NCBI RefSeq assembly: GCF_963921235.1
Contig: NC_086097.1
Span: 247,320,001-247,384,000, forward strand
Direction: 5' to 3'
Origin: Mobula hypostoma
Lineage: Eukaryota
Length of the DNA: 64,000 nucleotides
Position numbers and translations under genes: made by a program. A model generated the notes under the pieces. The model saw only the letters and a program-made list of their open reading frames with translations, searched no databases and was not told where the DNA came from. This document shows positions 24,675 through 38,070 of this stretch, piece by piece. Within the stretch, counting starts at the first letter, position 1; each line of letters begins with the position of its first letter.

Positions 24675-25230
24675 TGTAACGCTCGTATTTATCTCGGGGA
24701 AACCCCGCCCGCCGACCACCTGGTCTCCAGGTTACGTCAGTTGCCGTACAAATGCCATCGGATTCAGCTTCAAACATCAATCATCAGCCAGCACACAATG
24801 TACATCTTACCAATTACACTTTGTAGATATTACTAGGTCTATGAGATTAATAGAGGTACAATACAAAAAGGAATGGAAAAGGCGCCAGATTTATCAAAGT
24901 TCAATTTCTTCATGCACACGTTGGAGCTCCGGACCTCCTTTCTTCCCCCTGTGATCCGCTCTGACCCCTTCGACTTGCAGCTCGGGACCAGAGCACTCCC
25001 AGTACGTCCGTCGTCCTCCTGGTCTCTCCTCCAACTCCCCACCAAAAACCCCGTTTCCCGACCATATCACATCAAGAAAGAAAAACGTGGGCACCCATTG
25101 GTTCATTCGCTCTATTATCATTAATATAACCCAAAGAAACGCTAGCTGGAGAACGTTCTCAGCATTTAACATAACAAAGAAGCCATTTTGATTAACATAC
25201 ACAGTAACGTAAAAGGAGAAACCCCTTACA
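24675..25230 (-). mobile_element. Solo LTR (556 bp)
   Basis: TGTAA...TTACA termini; 4-bp TSD TTTA; homologous to 62436-63138; strand inferred. Confidence 0.85.
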
Positions 25231-25319
25231 TTTATTTTTCTTTAATATATGATTTTTCTTGTAATTTATAGTTTTTATTATTATGTATTGCAATGTACTC
25301 CTGCCGCAAAACCAAAGCT

Positions 25320-25420
25320 TTCACAAAACACACGAAGTGCTGGAGGAACTCAGCAGGTCAGTCAGCATCTATGGAAATGAGTGAACAAGTCAACGTTTTG
25401 GGCCAAGACCCCTCTTCACA
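25320..25420 (-). mobile_element. Penelope-type short repeat
   Basis: Reverse complement reads TTGAAGAGGGGTCTTGGCCCAAAACGTTGAC..CCATAGATGCTGACTGACCTGCTGAGTTCCTCC. Confidence 0.7.
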
Positions 25421-25751
25421 ACATATTCTGGTGATATTAAACATGATTCTGATTTTGATTATTGTGCAAAAAGTGAAAATTTACGAGCCTGCATTGTATC
25501 CAGGACATCTTCAAGGAGCGGTGCCTCAAATAGGTGGCATCCATCATTAAGACCCCCATCACCCAGGACATGCCCTCTTCTCATTGCTACCATCAGGAAG
25601 GAGGTACAGAAGCCTGAAGGCACACACTCAGTGATTCAGGAACAGCTTCTTCACCTCTGCCGTCAGATGTCTGAATGGACATTGAATCCATGAACACTAC
25701 CTCAGTACTTTTTTTATTTCCTATTTTTTGCATTACTTATTTAACTATTTA

Positions 25752-25752
<1 letters not shown>

Positions 25753-25841
<89 letters not shown>

Positions 25842-25847
25842 ACACAC
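25753..25847. repeat. (CA)n microsatellite
   Basis: ~95 bp of CA with two GA interruptions, inside a Rex 3'UTR. Confidence 0.97.
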
Positions 25848-25956
25848 TTCCATATATACATACACACACTAACTGCAATTATAGTTTTTTATCTGCATTA
25901 TTATGTATTACATATTACATTGTGTTGTTGCTGCAAAGTTAACAAATTTCATGACG

Positions 25957-26368
25957 AAATGTTGAGGGGATCTTATAGAAACATACAAAATTTTGAAAGG
26001 GATAGATAAGATAGAAGTAGGAAAGTTGTTTCCATCAGTAGGTGAGACTAGAACTGGGGGATATTGCCTCAAGATTCAGGGAAGAAGATTTAAGACGGAG
26101 ATGAGGAGAAACTGTTTTTCCCAGAGAGTGGTGAATTTGTGGAATTCTCTGCCCAGGGAAGCAGTTGAGGCTTCTCACTAAATATATTTAAGATACAGTT
26201 ACATAGGTTTTTACATAGTAGGGGAATTAAGGGTTATGGGGAAAAGGCAGGTAGATGGAGCTGAGTTTACGGACAGATCAGCCATGATTTTATTGAACGG
26301 CGGGGCAGGCTCGATGGGTCAGATGGCCTACTCCTGCTCCTATTTCTTATGTTTTTATGTTCTTATGT
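25957..26368 (+). mobile_element. CR1 3' end
   Basis: ORF 25993..26181 (EMRRNCFSQRVVNLWNSLP); (TTCTTATG)n tail. Confidence 0.9.
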
Positions 26369-27179
26369 TGAGGATATTAAAATCGATTCTGATTCTGTTG
26401 TAAGTTTCATTTGTGCTACAGAATGCTAAACTGTGAACTGGGTTTTTAAAAAATCTGCACTGTAGTTTGGTAATGTTGATGAGTTGTACAGGGGACCTCA
26501 CCACTGTGTTTGATCTCATCGCGGGATGAGCAAGAGTTATTACACAGAAACTGCAGGGAGGATTATGTAAAGAATATGTAAAATGTGGCGTGTTGCAGGT
26601 TGTAGTTAAACCATTAACACTATCAACAACGGTCTGGTGTACAGAATAATAGAACCTAACCAACTGTGCGGCGGTGGAATGAGGCAGAAAATTAGATTAT
26701 TGCCTGACAGCAATACTGGAATGTAAATGTCAATTTAGTAATTGTAGAAACTGTCGCTGCCTTTCCCAGCAAAGTGGATTAATTAAAGCACATCGCACGG
26801 AAGAGGCTGGGCCAGAACCATGGATTAAAATATGGATGGCAAAAATCCATCTCCAACGTGTGAAACGATTTAAATGGCAAAGTCTGAGAACCAGATGCAA
26901 GGTACAGATTGTGAATGGGTTTCTACCCAGTTTCATGTCAGAGGAGATCCGGTTTTTTAAATACTCTTGGATAAGTGTGCAGTAGTGCGTGGCTATGGCG
27001 AGGCTGCTGTCATTGGCAGACAAGTGACAACAATAAGTGTGTAAAAATTTAAAATACCCTTTTTAAGTCCATTTTTCTGCAATTTTGAGTCCCCTCACGT
27101 ATTTGAACACTTATCAGCAAATGGACAGGTGCCTAATGTTTTAGAGTTTGTAATTGCGGCTCCTGAATATGTTTTCTCC

Positions 27180-27475
27180 ATGGCGCAGTAGCAAAGAGGT
27201 TAGCACAATGCTTTACAGTATCAGTAGCATGGGGTCATTTCCCACCGCTGTCTGTAAAGATGTTGTACATTCTCCCTGTGACTGCATGGGTTTCCTCCGG
27301 GTGATCTGGTTTCCTCCCCCAGTCTAAAGACGTACCGGTTAGCAGGTTAATTGGTCATTGTAAATTGTCCTGTGAATAAGCTTGGGGTAAATCTGGGGTT
27401 GTGGGGCCGTGCAGTAACTGGGGTCGTAACGGCCTGTTCCATGCTGTATCCCAATAAATAAGTGAATGAATGAAT
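27180..27475 (+). mobile_element. V-SINE (HE1-like)
   Basis: GGTTAGCACAATGCTTTACAG head; V-core GGGTTTCCTCCGGGTG..GGTTTCCTCCC. Confidence 0.82.
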
Positions 27476-27574
27476 GTGAAGTCCAGCCATTGGCTCTCCC
27501 ACACAGCATACATTACAATTATACCATGGCTTACAAATTCTTTAAAATACTTCACAAAAGGAATGGTACAACAA

Positions 27575-27805
27575 TGTGGCAGTTAGCTGTACAGCACCAG
27601 TGTTCAGGGATTGATTCCTATCACTGTCTGTAAGGAGTTTGTACGATCTCCCTACGACCGTGTGGGTTTCCTCCGGGTGCTCAGGTTTCCTCCCACCTTC
27701 GAAAGACGTACGGGTTAGTAGGTCAGTTGGTCACAGGGGTGGAATTCAGTGGGGCGGGCTCGTTGGGTTGGAAGACACAGTTACCATTCTGTATCTCTAA
27801 AAATA
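27575..27805 (+). mobile_element. V-SINE (HE1-like)
   Basis: V-core GTGGGTTTCCTCCGGGTGCTCAGGTTTCCTCCCAC. Confidence 0.8.
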
Positions 27806-28187
27806 ATACACTTCGGCATCTGTAAGATTTAGACACCTCAAAGTTCAAAGTTAATTTGTTATCAAAGTACACGTACGTCACCATATACAACCCAGAGATT
27901 CATTTCCTTACAGGTGTTCTCAATAAATCCATAATAGAACAATTAGCCACAATAAATGGCCTCGATAGAGTGGATGATGAGAGGATGTTACCTATGTTGG
28001 GAGAGTCTAAGACCAGAGGACACAAAAACTCAGAATAGAGGCATGTCCATTTATTACGGAGATGAGGAGGAATTTCTTCAGCTGGGGAATGTGGCCGAGA
28101 CATTGGGTATACTTGAAGCACAGTTGATTGATTCTTGATTAGTCAGGGCATGAAGGGTTACGGGGAGAAGGCAGGAGATTGTGTGCA

Positions 28188-28468
28188 GAAGCATAGTGGT
28201 TAGCACAATGCTTTACAGTACCAGCGAGCCAGGTTCCATTCTCCCCGCTGCCTGTAAGGAGTTTGTACATTCTCCCTGGGATGGCATGCATTTCCTCCGG
28301 TTGCTCTGGTTTCCTCCCACAGTCCAAAGCCGTACAAGTTGGTAGGTTAGCTGGTCATTGTAAATTGTCCTGTGATTAGGCTAGGATTAAATCGGGGGCT
28401 GCTTGGTAATGCAGTTTGAAGGGCCAGAAGGGCCTATTCCACGCTGTATCTCAATAAATAAATGAATA
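28188..28468 (+). mobile_element. V-SINE inserted in a CR1 3' fragment (27953-28575)
   Basis: TAGTGGTTAGCAC head, V-core, (AATA)n tail; CR1 resumes at 28470. Confidence 0.82.
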
Positions 28469-28619
28469 AGTTGGGGCTGAGAGGGAACTAGATCCGCCAT
28501 GATGAAATGGCAGAGCACAGTCGATGGGCCAAATGGCCTAATTCTGCTCTGCTATCTCATAGTGGTCTTATGGAATCAATGAAAGACCACACCAACCAGT
28601 GTGTAAAAGATGAAAAACT

Positions 28620-28876
28620 GAAGTTCAAGCCCCAGCCGAGGGAACGTGTTGTGTCCTTGAGCAAGGCACTTAATCACACATTGCTCTGCGACGACACTGG
28701 TGCCAAGCTGTATGGGCCCTAATGCCCTTCCCTTGGACAACATCGGTGTTGTGGAGAGGGGAGACTTGCAGCATGGGCAATTGCTGGTCTTCCATACAAC
28801 CTTGCCCAGGCCTGCGCCCTGAAAGCCTTCCAAGGCGCAAATCCATGGTCTCATGAGACAAACGGAAGCCTATATA
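28620..28876 (+). mobile_element. tRNA/CORE-type SINE, 5'-truncated
   Basis: B-box AGTTCAAGCC; TGTGTCCTTGAGCAAGGCACTTAA core; homologue at 50791-51103. Confidence 0.75.
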
Positions 28877-29234
28877 AAAATTAATATTGAGAACATGAGG
28901 TGAAGAGTCCTTGAAAGTGTGTCCATGGGTTGTGGGAACATTTCAATGATGGGGTGAGTGAAGTTGAGTAAAGTTATCCCATTTGGTTTCAGAGTCTGAT
29001 GGTTGAGGGGTAATAACTATTCCTGAACCTGGTGGTGTAGGTTCTGAGGCTCCTGTACCTCCTTTCCAATGGCAGCAGCGCCTGTTAGTAGTTACAAATT
29101 AGTCAAACTGTACTAGTGACAAAGAATTAGTTACCATCCATCTTAAGCAGATAAAGAGTGCAGCTCTAACACACATACAAAATGTTCAAAACATGTAATT
29201 CATACTAAAAGTCAAGTGCCTTGTTGTTCAATGT

Positions 29235-31700
29235 AAATTGGTTACACAGTTTAATACTGTCACAGGTACCAAGGTACAGTGAAAAACTGTTGTGGATGCC
29301 ATCCATTGAGATCATTTCATTACAAAGGTGGATTGAGGTAGTACAAGGTAAAACTAAAACAGAATAAAGTGTTACAGTTACACAAAGTGTGCAGTGCAAG
29401 GCCATAACAGGGTAGGTTGTAAAGTCAAGAGTCAGTCTTGATGCATTAAGGGACGGTTCAATCATCTTAAAATAGAGGGTAGAAACTGCCTTTGATCCTA
29501 GTTATACACACTTTCAGGATTTTGTATCTTCTGCCCAATGGGAGAGGGGAGAAGAGAGAATGTCTAAGGTGGGAGGGGTCTTTGATTAGAAATGATAATT
29601 GACTTCAGGAAGACAAGAGGTCCCAAACGAGCCTTATTGTTGATAAATGGTGAGGTAGTGGGAAGGGTCTCCAGTTTCAAGTTTTTGGGGGATGAACATC
29701 ACCGAGGAGCTCTCTTGGTCCGTCAACACAATCTCGTCAGTAGGGAAGGCACAACAATGATTATACTATCTGAGGTGCTTAAGGAGAGCTAATCTGCCCC
29801 ACAAATTGCCGGCCAACTTTTATTGATGTGCGATAGAGAGCATACGGACATACAGAATGACTGTGTGTTACCCTAGCTGCAACAAGACAGATCACAAAGT
29901 ATTCCAACGGGTGATTGGGATGACTCAGAACTTCATTGGGACTCAACTACTGGACCTGGAGACAATCTACAGCTCTTGATACCTACAGCGCTCTTAACAT
30001 CATTAAAGACACATCCCATCCCAGACACTGTCTGTTCAATCTCCTGCCATCTGAAGGGTATACAGAAACATTTTAGCCAAGACAGTAAGACTGAAAAACA
30101 GCTTCTTCTGAGGGCTGTTATGCAGCTGAATAATGCTACACCCCAGCTTGTCAACGGCTTTTGAGTGTTATAGACTATCAAAGTCACTTGTTGCATGCAA
30201 ATAAGGGAATTAAAAAAATTAAGCTGTACCACTTGCAATGTAAATATCTGTTTTGCACGCACTGGAGTAGCACCACAACCTTGTTGTCTTGAGCAATGAC
30301 AATAAAGTTCTGTTCTATGCTACTATGCTGGATGCTTTACTGTGTAGCAAGGGATATAGACAGAGTCCATGGAGGGGAGGCTGGTTTCTGTCATGTACAG
30401 AACTGCGTCCACAACTCCCCACAGTTTCTTGTGGTCATGGGCAGAGCAGTTACCATACTAATCTGTGATGCACTGGATAGGATGCTTTCTATAATGCATC
30501 CATAAAAGTTGGTGAACGTCAAAGGAAGTAGAGGAAGTAGAGGCACTGGTGAGCTTTTTTAACTGTGGTGTTTAAAGAGTTGAATCAGGATAGACTATTG
30601 GCAATGTTCATGGTTGGACCTGTCTAGGCTAATAGTTCATGGTTCATGGTTGGACCTGGATAGACTATTGGAAATGTTCTGTTGGACCTGGATAGACTAC
30701 TGGAAATGTTCATGGTTGGTTGGAGCTGGATAGATTACTGGAAATGTTCATGGTTGGTTGGAACTGGATAGACTACTGGAAATGTTCATGGTTGGTTGGA
30801 ACTGGATAGACTACTGGAAATGTTCATGGTTGGTTGGAACTGGATAGACTACTGGAAATGTTCATGGTTGCTTGGAACTGGATAGACTATTGGAGATGTT
30901 CATGGTTGGTTGGACCTGGATAGACTATTGGAAATGTTCTGTTGGACCTGGATAGACAATTGGAAATGTTCTGTTGGACCTGTCCAGGCTATTGGAAATG
31001 TTCTGTTGGACCTGGATAGACTATTGGAAATGTTCATGGTTGGATTGGGATACGCTATTGGTAATGTTCTGTTGCACTAGGATAGGCATTGGGGAATGTT
31101 CATGATTGGACCTATTGGCAAAGTTCAGTTCTAAGAACTTGAAACTTTCAAACTTCTTAATCTCATCACAGTTGACATAAACAAGACAGCGTGCACTGCC
31201 CCCTTCACCCTTTCTGAAGTCAATGACCAGCTCCTTTGTTTTGCTGATATTAAGGGAAAGGTTGCTGACAGGTCACTAAGCTCTCTGTCTCCTTCCTGTA
31301 CTTTGACTAATCGCTATTTGAGATACGGCCCATTACAATGGCATCATTCACCAACTTGGAGGTGGAGTTGGAGTAGAATCTGGCCACAGACAGGGACAGT
31401 ACAGGGAACAGAGTAGGGAGGCTGACGATGCAGCCTTGTGGGGCATCAGTGTGGCATCTAATCATGGCAGAAGTGTTGCTACCTATTGGTACTGCTTGTG
31501 ATCTGTTTGTTGGAAAATCAACGATCCATTTGCAAAGGAAGATGTTGAGTCCCAGACTAGGAGCTTGGAGATGAGTTTGCTTGGAATGATAGTATTGGGA
31601 TGTATTCAATAAACAATCATCTAACGTAGGTGTTTTAATTGTCCCGATGTTCCTGAGATGATTGTAGAGTCAGGGGCAACCACTGTGGACCTGATTCAGC
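29235..31700 (-). mobile_element. Old Rex1/Babar LINE carrying a second Rex fragment (+, 29590-30320) and a minisatellite
   Basis: ORF 31307..31609 (LCKWIVDFPTNRSQAV..APQGC); inner ORF 29592..29792 (MIIDFRK..RVSSFKFLG). Confidence 0.75.
30588..31127. repeat. Minisatellite, ~15-16 units of 32/38 bp
   Basis: GAAATGTTCATGGTTGGTTGGAACTGGATAGACTACTG (38 bp) and GAAATGTTCTGTTGGACCTGGATAGACTATTG (32 bp). Confidence 0.95.
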
Positions 31701-31729
31701 AGAAGTAAATTACAGTTGTCTGAATAGTA

Positions 31730-32710
31730 CATAGAACATTACAGCACAGTACAGGTGGTATACCCCTAATGCATTTGCCTCTATCCCCACCCTGACAGGG
31801 CATTCCACGCACCTTCCACTCTCCATGTAAAGAAATTACCTCTAACATCCCCCTACATTCTCCTCCAATCACCTTAAAATTATCAGCCATTTCCACCCTG
31901 GAAAGAAGCCTCTGACTGTCCTCTTGTCATGTCTATCAAGCCACCCCTAACCCTCCTTCACTCCAAAGAGAAAAATCCTAGCTTGCTGAACATATCTTCA
32001 TAAGACATGTTCTCTAGTCCAGACAGCATCCTGGTAAATCTCCTCTGCACCCTCTCTAAAGCTTCCACATCCATCCTATGTTGAGGCAACCAGAACTGAA
32101 CTCTGTATTCCTAGTGTGGCCTAACCAGTGTTTCATAGAGCTGCAACGTTACTTCGTGGTCCTTGAACTCAACCCCCAACTAATGGGCCCCTTGTCTTAG
32201 AAAGGATGTGTTGAAACTGGAGAGATTTCAAAGGAGGCTCGCAAAAATAATTCCAGGGTGAATGGCTTGTCATATGAAGAGCATTTGATTGCTTTGGGCC
32301 TGTACTCGCTAGAATTCAGAAGAATAAGAGGTGACCTCATTGAAACCTATCAAATGGTGAAAGGCCTTGTTAGAGTGAATGTGGAGAGGATGTTTCTTGT
32401 GATGGGAGAGTCTAAGACCAGAGGACACGGCCTCAGAATAGAGGGGCATCCTTTTAGAATGGAGATGAGGAGGAATTTCTTTAGCCAGAGAGTGGTGAAT
32501 CTGTGGAATTCTTTGCCATAGGTAGCTGTGGAGGCCAAGTCTTTATGTATATTTAAGGCAGAGGTTGATAGATTCTTGACTGGTCAGGGCATGAAGAGAT
32601 ACAGAGAAAAGGGAGGAGATTGGGGCCGGGAGCAAAATTGGATCAGTCATGATGAAATGGCGAAGCAGACGCAATGGGCCAAATGGTTTCCTGTGTCTTA
32701 TGGTTTAATG
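31730..32710. mobile_element. Two opposed CR1 3' fragments (- 31730-32185, + 32186-32710)
   Basis: ORF 32258..32521 (LGLYSLEFRRIRGDLIETY); each has its own 3' tail. Confidence 0.85.
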
Positions 32711-33004
32711 AAGTCCAACATGCCAGATGGCATCTGTCAACCTGTGCAGCAACTTAGCAACTTCGAGGAATCTATGGATGTGAACCTCAGATCCCTCTGT
32801 TCCTCCACTCTGCCAAGAATCCAGCTGTTAGCCCTGCAGTCTGCCTTCAAATTCGACCTTCCAAAGTGAGTCACTTCACACTTTTCTGGGTTGAGCTCCA
32901 TCTGCTACTTCTCAGCCCAGCTCTGCATCCAGTTAATGTCTCATTGCAACCTACAACAACTCTCCTCGATATCAACAAGTCCACCAACCATTGTGTCTTC
33001 TGCA

Positions 33005-35475
33005 AACATAGCAACATAGAATAGTACAGCACAGTACAGGCCCTTCAGCCCACAATGTTGTGCCGACCCTCAATCCCTGCCTCCCATATAACCTCCCACC
33101 TTAAATTCCTCCATATACCTGTCCAGTAGTCTCTTAAACTTCACTAGTGTATCTGCCTCCACCAATGACTCAGGCAGTGCATTCCACGCACCAACCACTC
33201 TTTGATTAAAAAACCTTCCTCTAATATCCCCCATGAACTTCCCACCCCCTACCTTAAAGCCATGTATTGAGCAGTGGTGCCCTGGAGAAGAGGCGCTGGC
33301 TGTCCACTCTATCTATTCCTCTTAATCTCTTGTATACCTCTATCATGTCTCCTCTCATCCTCCTTCTCTCCAAAGTTTAAAGCCCTAGCTCCCTTAATCT
33401 CTCATCATAATCCATACTCTCTAAACCAGGCAGCATCCTGGTAAATCTCCTCTGTACCCTTCCCAATGCTTCCACATCCTTCCTATAGTGAGGCAACCAG
33501 AACTGGACACAGTACTCCAAGTGTGGCCTAACCAGAGTTTTATAGAGCTGCATCATTACCTTGCGACTCTTAAACTCTATCCCTCGACTTATGAAAGCTA
33601 ACACCCCATCAGCTTTCTTAACTACCCTATCTACCTGTGAGGCTACTTTCAGGGATCTGTGGATATGTACCCCCAGATCCCTCTGCTCCTCCACACTACC
33701 AAGTATCCTGCCATTTAATTTGTACTCTGCCTTAGAGTTTGTCCTTCCAAAGTCACACTTCTCCAGGTTGAACTCCACCTGCCTACTTCTGCATCCTATC
33801 AATGTCTCTCTGCAATCTTCGACAATCCTCTACACTATCTACAACACCACCAACCTTTGTGTTATCTGCAAACTTGCCAACCCACCCTTCTACCCCCACA
33901 TCCAGGTCGTTAATAAAAATCACGAAAAGTAGAGGTCCCAGAACAGATCCTTGTCGGACACCACTAGTCACAATCCTCCAATCTGAATGTACTCCCTCCA
34001 CCACCACCCTCTGCTTTCTGCAGGCAAGCCAATTCTGAATGCACCTGGCCAAACTTCCCTGGATCCCATGCCTTCTGATTTTCTGAATAAGCCTACCGTG
34101 TGGAACCTTGTCAAATGCCTTACTAAAATCCATATAGGTCCCATCCACTGCACTACCCTCATCTATATGCCTGGTCACCTCCTCAAAGAACTCTATCAGG
34201 CTTGTTAGACACGATCTGCCCTTCACAAAGCCATGCTGACTGTCCCTGATCAGACCATGATTCTCTAAATGCCCAGAGATCCTACCACTAAGAATCTTTT
34301 CCAACAGCATTCCCACCACTGACGTAAGGCTCATGGTCTATAATTACCCGGTCTATCCCTACTATCTTTTTTGAACAAGGGGACAACATTCGCCTCCCTC
34401 CAATCCTCCGGTACCATTCCCGTGGACAACGAGGACATAAAGATCCTAGCCAGAGGCTCAGCAATCTCTTCTCTCGCCTCATGGAGCAGCCTGGGGAATA
34501 TTCCGTCAGGCCCCGGGGGCTTATCTGTCCTAATGTATTTTAACAACTCCAACACCTCCTCTCCCTTAATATCAACATGCTCCAGAATATCAACCTCGCT
34601 CATATTGTCCTCACCATCATCAAGTTCCCTCTCATTGGTGAATACTGTACCGAAGAGAAGTATTCATTGAGGACCTTGCTCACTTCCACAGCCTCCAGGC
34701 ACATCTTCCCACCTTTATCTCTAATCGGTCCTACCTTCACTCCTGTCATCCTTTTTTTCTTCACATAATTTAAGAATGCCTTGGGGTTTTCCCTTACCCT
34801 ACTCGCCAAGGCCTTCTCATGCCCCCTTCTTGCTCTTCTCAGCCCCTTCTTAAGCTCCTTTCTTGCTTCCCTATATTCCTCAATAGACCCATCTGATCTT
34901 TGCTTCCTAAACCTCATGTATGCTGCCTTCTTCCACCTGACTAGATTTTCCACCTCACTTGTCACCCATGGTTCCTTCACCCTACCATTCTTTATCTTCC
35001 TCACCGGGACAAATTTATCCCTAACATCCTGCAAGAGATCTCTAAACATCGACCACATGTCCATAGTACATTTCCCTGCGAAAACATCATCCCAATTCAC
35101 ACCCACAAGTTCTAGCCTTATAGCCTCATAATTTGCCCTTCCCCAATTAAAAATTTTCCTGTCCTCTCTGATTCTATCCTTTTCCATGATAATGCTAAAG
35201 GCCAGAGAGCGGTGGTCACTGTCCCCCAGATGCTCACCCACTGAGAGATCTGTGACCTGACCCGGTTCATTACCTAGTACTAGATCTAGTACGGGGGCAT
35301 TCCCCCTAGTCGGCCTGTCCACATACTGTGACAGGAATCCGTCCTGGACACACTTAACAAACTCTGCCCCATCTAAACCCTTGGAACTAATCAGGTGCCA
35401 TTTACTATTAGGGAAGTTAAAGTCACCCATGATAACAACCCTGTTATTTTTGCACCTTTCCAAAATCTTCCTCCC
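33005..35475 (-). mobile_element. CR1 LINE, 5'-truncated, frameshifted ORF2
   Basis: Consecutive ORFs 34600..35511 (MGDFN, DSDH), 34331..34603, 33783..34334, 33377..33802; CTATGTT-type tail. Confidence 0.93.
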
Positions 35476-36149
35476 TTCTAACTCACTGTCCCACTTCCTC
35501 ATCCAAGTCATTTACTAAAAACAGGGGTTGCAGAACAGCTCCCTGTGGAATATTATTGGTCACTGGCCACTGGGTGAACACACTCCATCGACTACCCTCT
35601 GCCTTACACTATACACAAAGTGTCCTCTATGGAAATAAATAGCCCCTCAAACTTCTTCGCCTGGATCTGCATCTGGTCGATGTCCTGTTGCAACCTACAA
35701 CACTATCACAACTCCATCAACTTCCGTGTCATCTGTTATAAACCGACTGAATTGTTCAAAATCTTTATATTCAGGAACTTTAAGAAATATCAGGGCATTG
35801 CACAATAGTTGTATGATACCACAGTGACCCCATGCATGTGAGTGAAAGGATTTTTCTCTCTCACATTCATCTCTGCGCATTTCTGATTCTCCAGGTGCTC
35901 CACATTCTGAAGATGTACGGGTATGTTATGTTGGCACTGGAAGCATGGTGGCACTTGTGGGGTGCTCCCAGCACAATCTCGGACTGCGATGGTCGTTGAC
36001 ACAAACAGTGCATTTCACTGTTTGTTTCAATGTACATGTGACAAATGCAGCTAGTCTTTAAAAATACTGAGCTAGTACTGAGGGATGATGGTGTTGAATG
36101 TCAAGCTGTTATCTGTAAACAGCAACTTGATTTTTTAAAATTTTAATTA

Positions 36150-36998
36150 GTAACCTGCCCACCCTTGTCAAACCCCATATCAAAAACCTTGGTGTGATGT
36201 TTGATTCCGCCTTTAAGTTTGACAAGCAAGTTAATGCAGTAGTAAAAGCCAGTTTTTTTCTAGCTTCGTACTATTGCCAAAATCAAGTCGTTTCTCTCTT
36301 TCAAAGATCTCAAGAAAGTCATCCACGCCCTTATATCCTCCCGCTTGGACTACTCCAATTCCCTGTATACTGGGATTAGTCAGTCGTCCCTGTCCCGCCT
36401 GCAACTGGTCCAGAACGCCACAGCCAGGCTCCTGACAGGTGCCTAGAAGAGGGGCCATATTACTTCTATCCTGGCCTCTCTCCACTGGCTTCCAGTATGG
36501 TTTAGAATTGATTTTAAGGTTCTCCTCTTTGTTTATAAAGCCCTAAATGGGCTGGGCCCCTCCTATATCACAGACCTTCTAACCCCTTATTCTACTTCCA
36601 GGTCCCTCAGGTCAGCTGACTTGGGGCTCCTGGCTGTCCCACAATCTACGTCTGTAAATTTAAGTTCAGGGGTGATCGCGCCTTTGCTGTTGTAGCCCCT
36701 AGAGTGTGGAACAGCATTCCCCTCCCTATCAGACCTGCCCCCTCCATTGACTCTTTTAAGTCTAGGTTCAAAACTTACCTTTATTCACTAGCGTTTGTAT
36801 CTTCCTGATGTGGGTGATCTTTGGCTTGTGCCGAGGCTCATGTGTTGTTTATTTTGTGCCAATAAGCTGTGTCTTGTTGCTTATATCTGTGTTTCTTGGA
36901 TTTGTGACTTTAGCTACCTGTTATGGTTTGTGCAGCACTTTGGTCAACATGGGTTGGTTTTAAATGTGCTTTATAAATAAATTTAACTTGACTTGACT
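36150..36998 (+). mobile_element. L2-clade LINE 3' part
   Basis: KNLGVMFD; SRLDYSNSL..LQLVQNATARLL..HITSILASLHWLPV..RIDFKVLL; (ACTTG)n tail. Confidence 0.88.
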
Positions 36999-37339
36999 AT
37001 TTTTTAAAAAGTGTCAAGAGAGTTCAGAAGTCAGAGTTGCGTGCGGTCTTGTGAGATCCAGTTCAGAATCAAATTTCGCTGTGATTGTACGTTCTAGTAC
37101 CAATTGTTTGGCGACAATAAAGTATAAAGTAAAGTAAAGAATTCCCTACACGTTAACTTGCAGATTGAGTCAGGAGAAAAGAAGGCAAATGCAATTTTAG
37201 CATTCATTTTGAGAGGACTGAAATATCAACATTGATTGTTGATGCAAATAACACAGTTCACTGTATGCTTTGGGGTTTCAATGAACATGTGACAAATAAA
37301 GCTAATATTTTCTCTTTATTAGTGCTTAACCATTATTCT

Positions 37340-37632
37340 ATTTTATGCAATTCCTTCTTCTTCAGCTCTTCACCTCTTCCACCACTCCGTTCCCATCTTT
37401 TCACTTTATCCTCTTCCCGCCTTCTGCCTCACCTGGCTCCACCTATCACCTGCCAACTTGACCTCCTTCCTCTTCCACCCCGCCCCTGCCCGCCCTCCAC
37501 CTTTTTTATTCTGACTCTTCCCTCTTTCTTTTCAGTTTTGATAAAGAGTCTTGGCCCAAAATGTCAACTCTCTGTTCCTCTCTCTAGATGCTACCTATCC
37601 TGGTGAGCTCCACCAGCATTTTGTGTGTGTAC
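37340..37632 (+). mobile_element. Degenerate Penelope-type short repeat
   Basis: Pyrimidine tract then CAGTTTTGATAAAGAGTCTTGGCCCAAAATGTCAACT. Confidence 0.65.
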
Positions 37633-38070
37633 TAGATTTCTAAAACTTGGTGGCATTGTGTCAGTTAAATGTTCAAAAAACACATGAACTTTGTGAACTG
37701 CTTACTGGAAATGGCTACCTGAGTACCAGCACATCTGGAAAAGGAATGCACATCTGGAAACAGGTCAGGGGTGTAGACGACGCAAGAGGTCTGTGAAGTC
37801 GCAAATTCAAAGTCCTGTTTGCGGACGCTATCTGGGACAGGTACTGAAACAATCCGATATGTAATGAGGTTATCCGTACTGCAGAGTGCAGCAGCCTGGG
37901 ATGAGGAACTGCGATCGTAAAAAATGGCTTAATGCACTCACAGACTAGAGCTTGGAGACCTGAGAACTGTCCAAGTACGTTTCGGTAAAGAACTGTGATA
38001 GCCTTTGTTAAGAAAAATGAATACATACTGCTCAGAAAACTTCATGATACATATCATAGACTCGTACATG

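Noticed and set aside
25728..26009. His/Thr-rich ORF
   Set aside because: Translation of a (CA)n microsatellite.
30588..31127. CRISPR-like array
   Set aside because: Units are contiguous with no unique spacers, there are no cas genes, and the context is eukaryotic.
36150..36998. L2 copy as a horizontal-transfer candidate
   Set aside because: Cannot be assessed without cross-species identity data; L2 is widespread in vertebrates.
37700..38030. Overlapping open frames, including a plus-strand RRRKRS furin-like motif
   Set aside because: No coherent splice sites bracket them and there is no recognisable homology.
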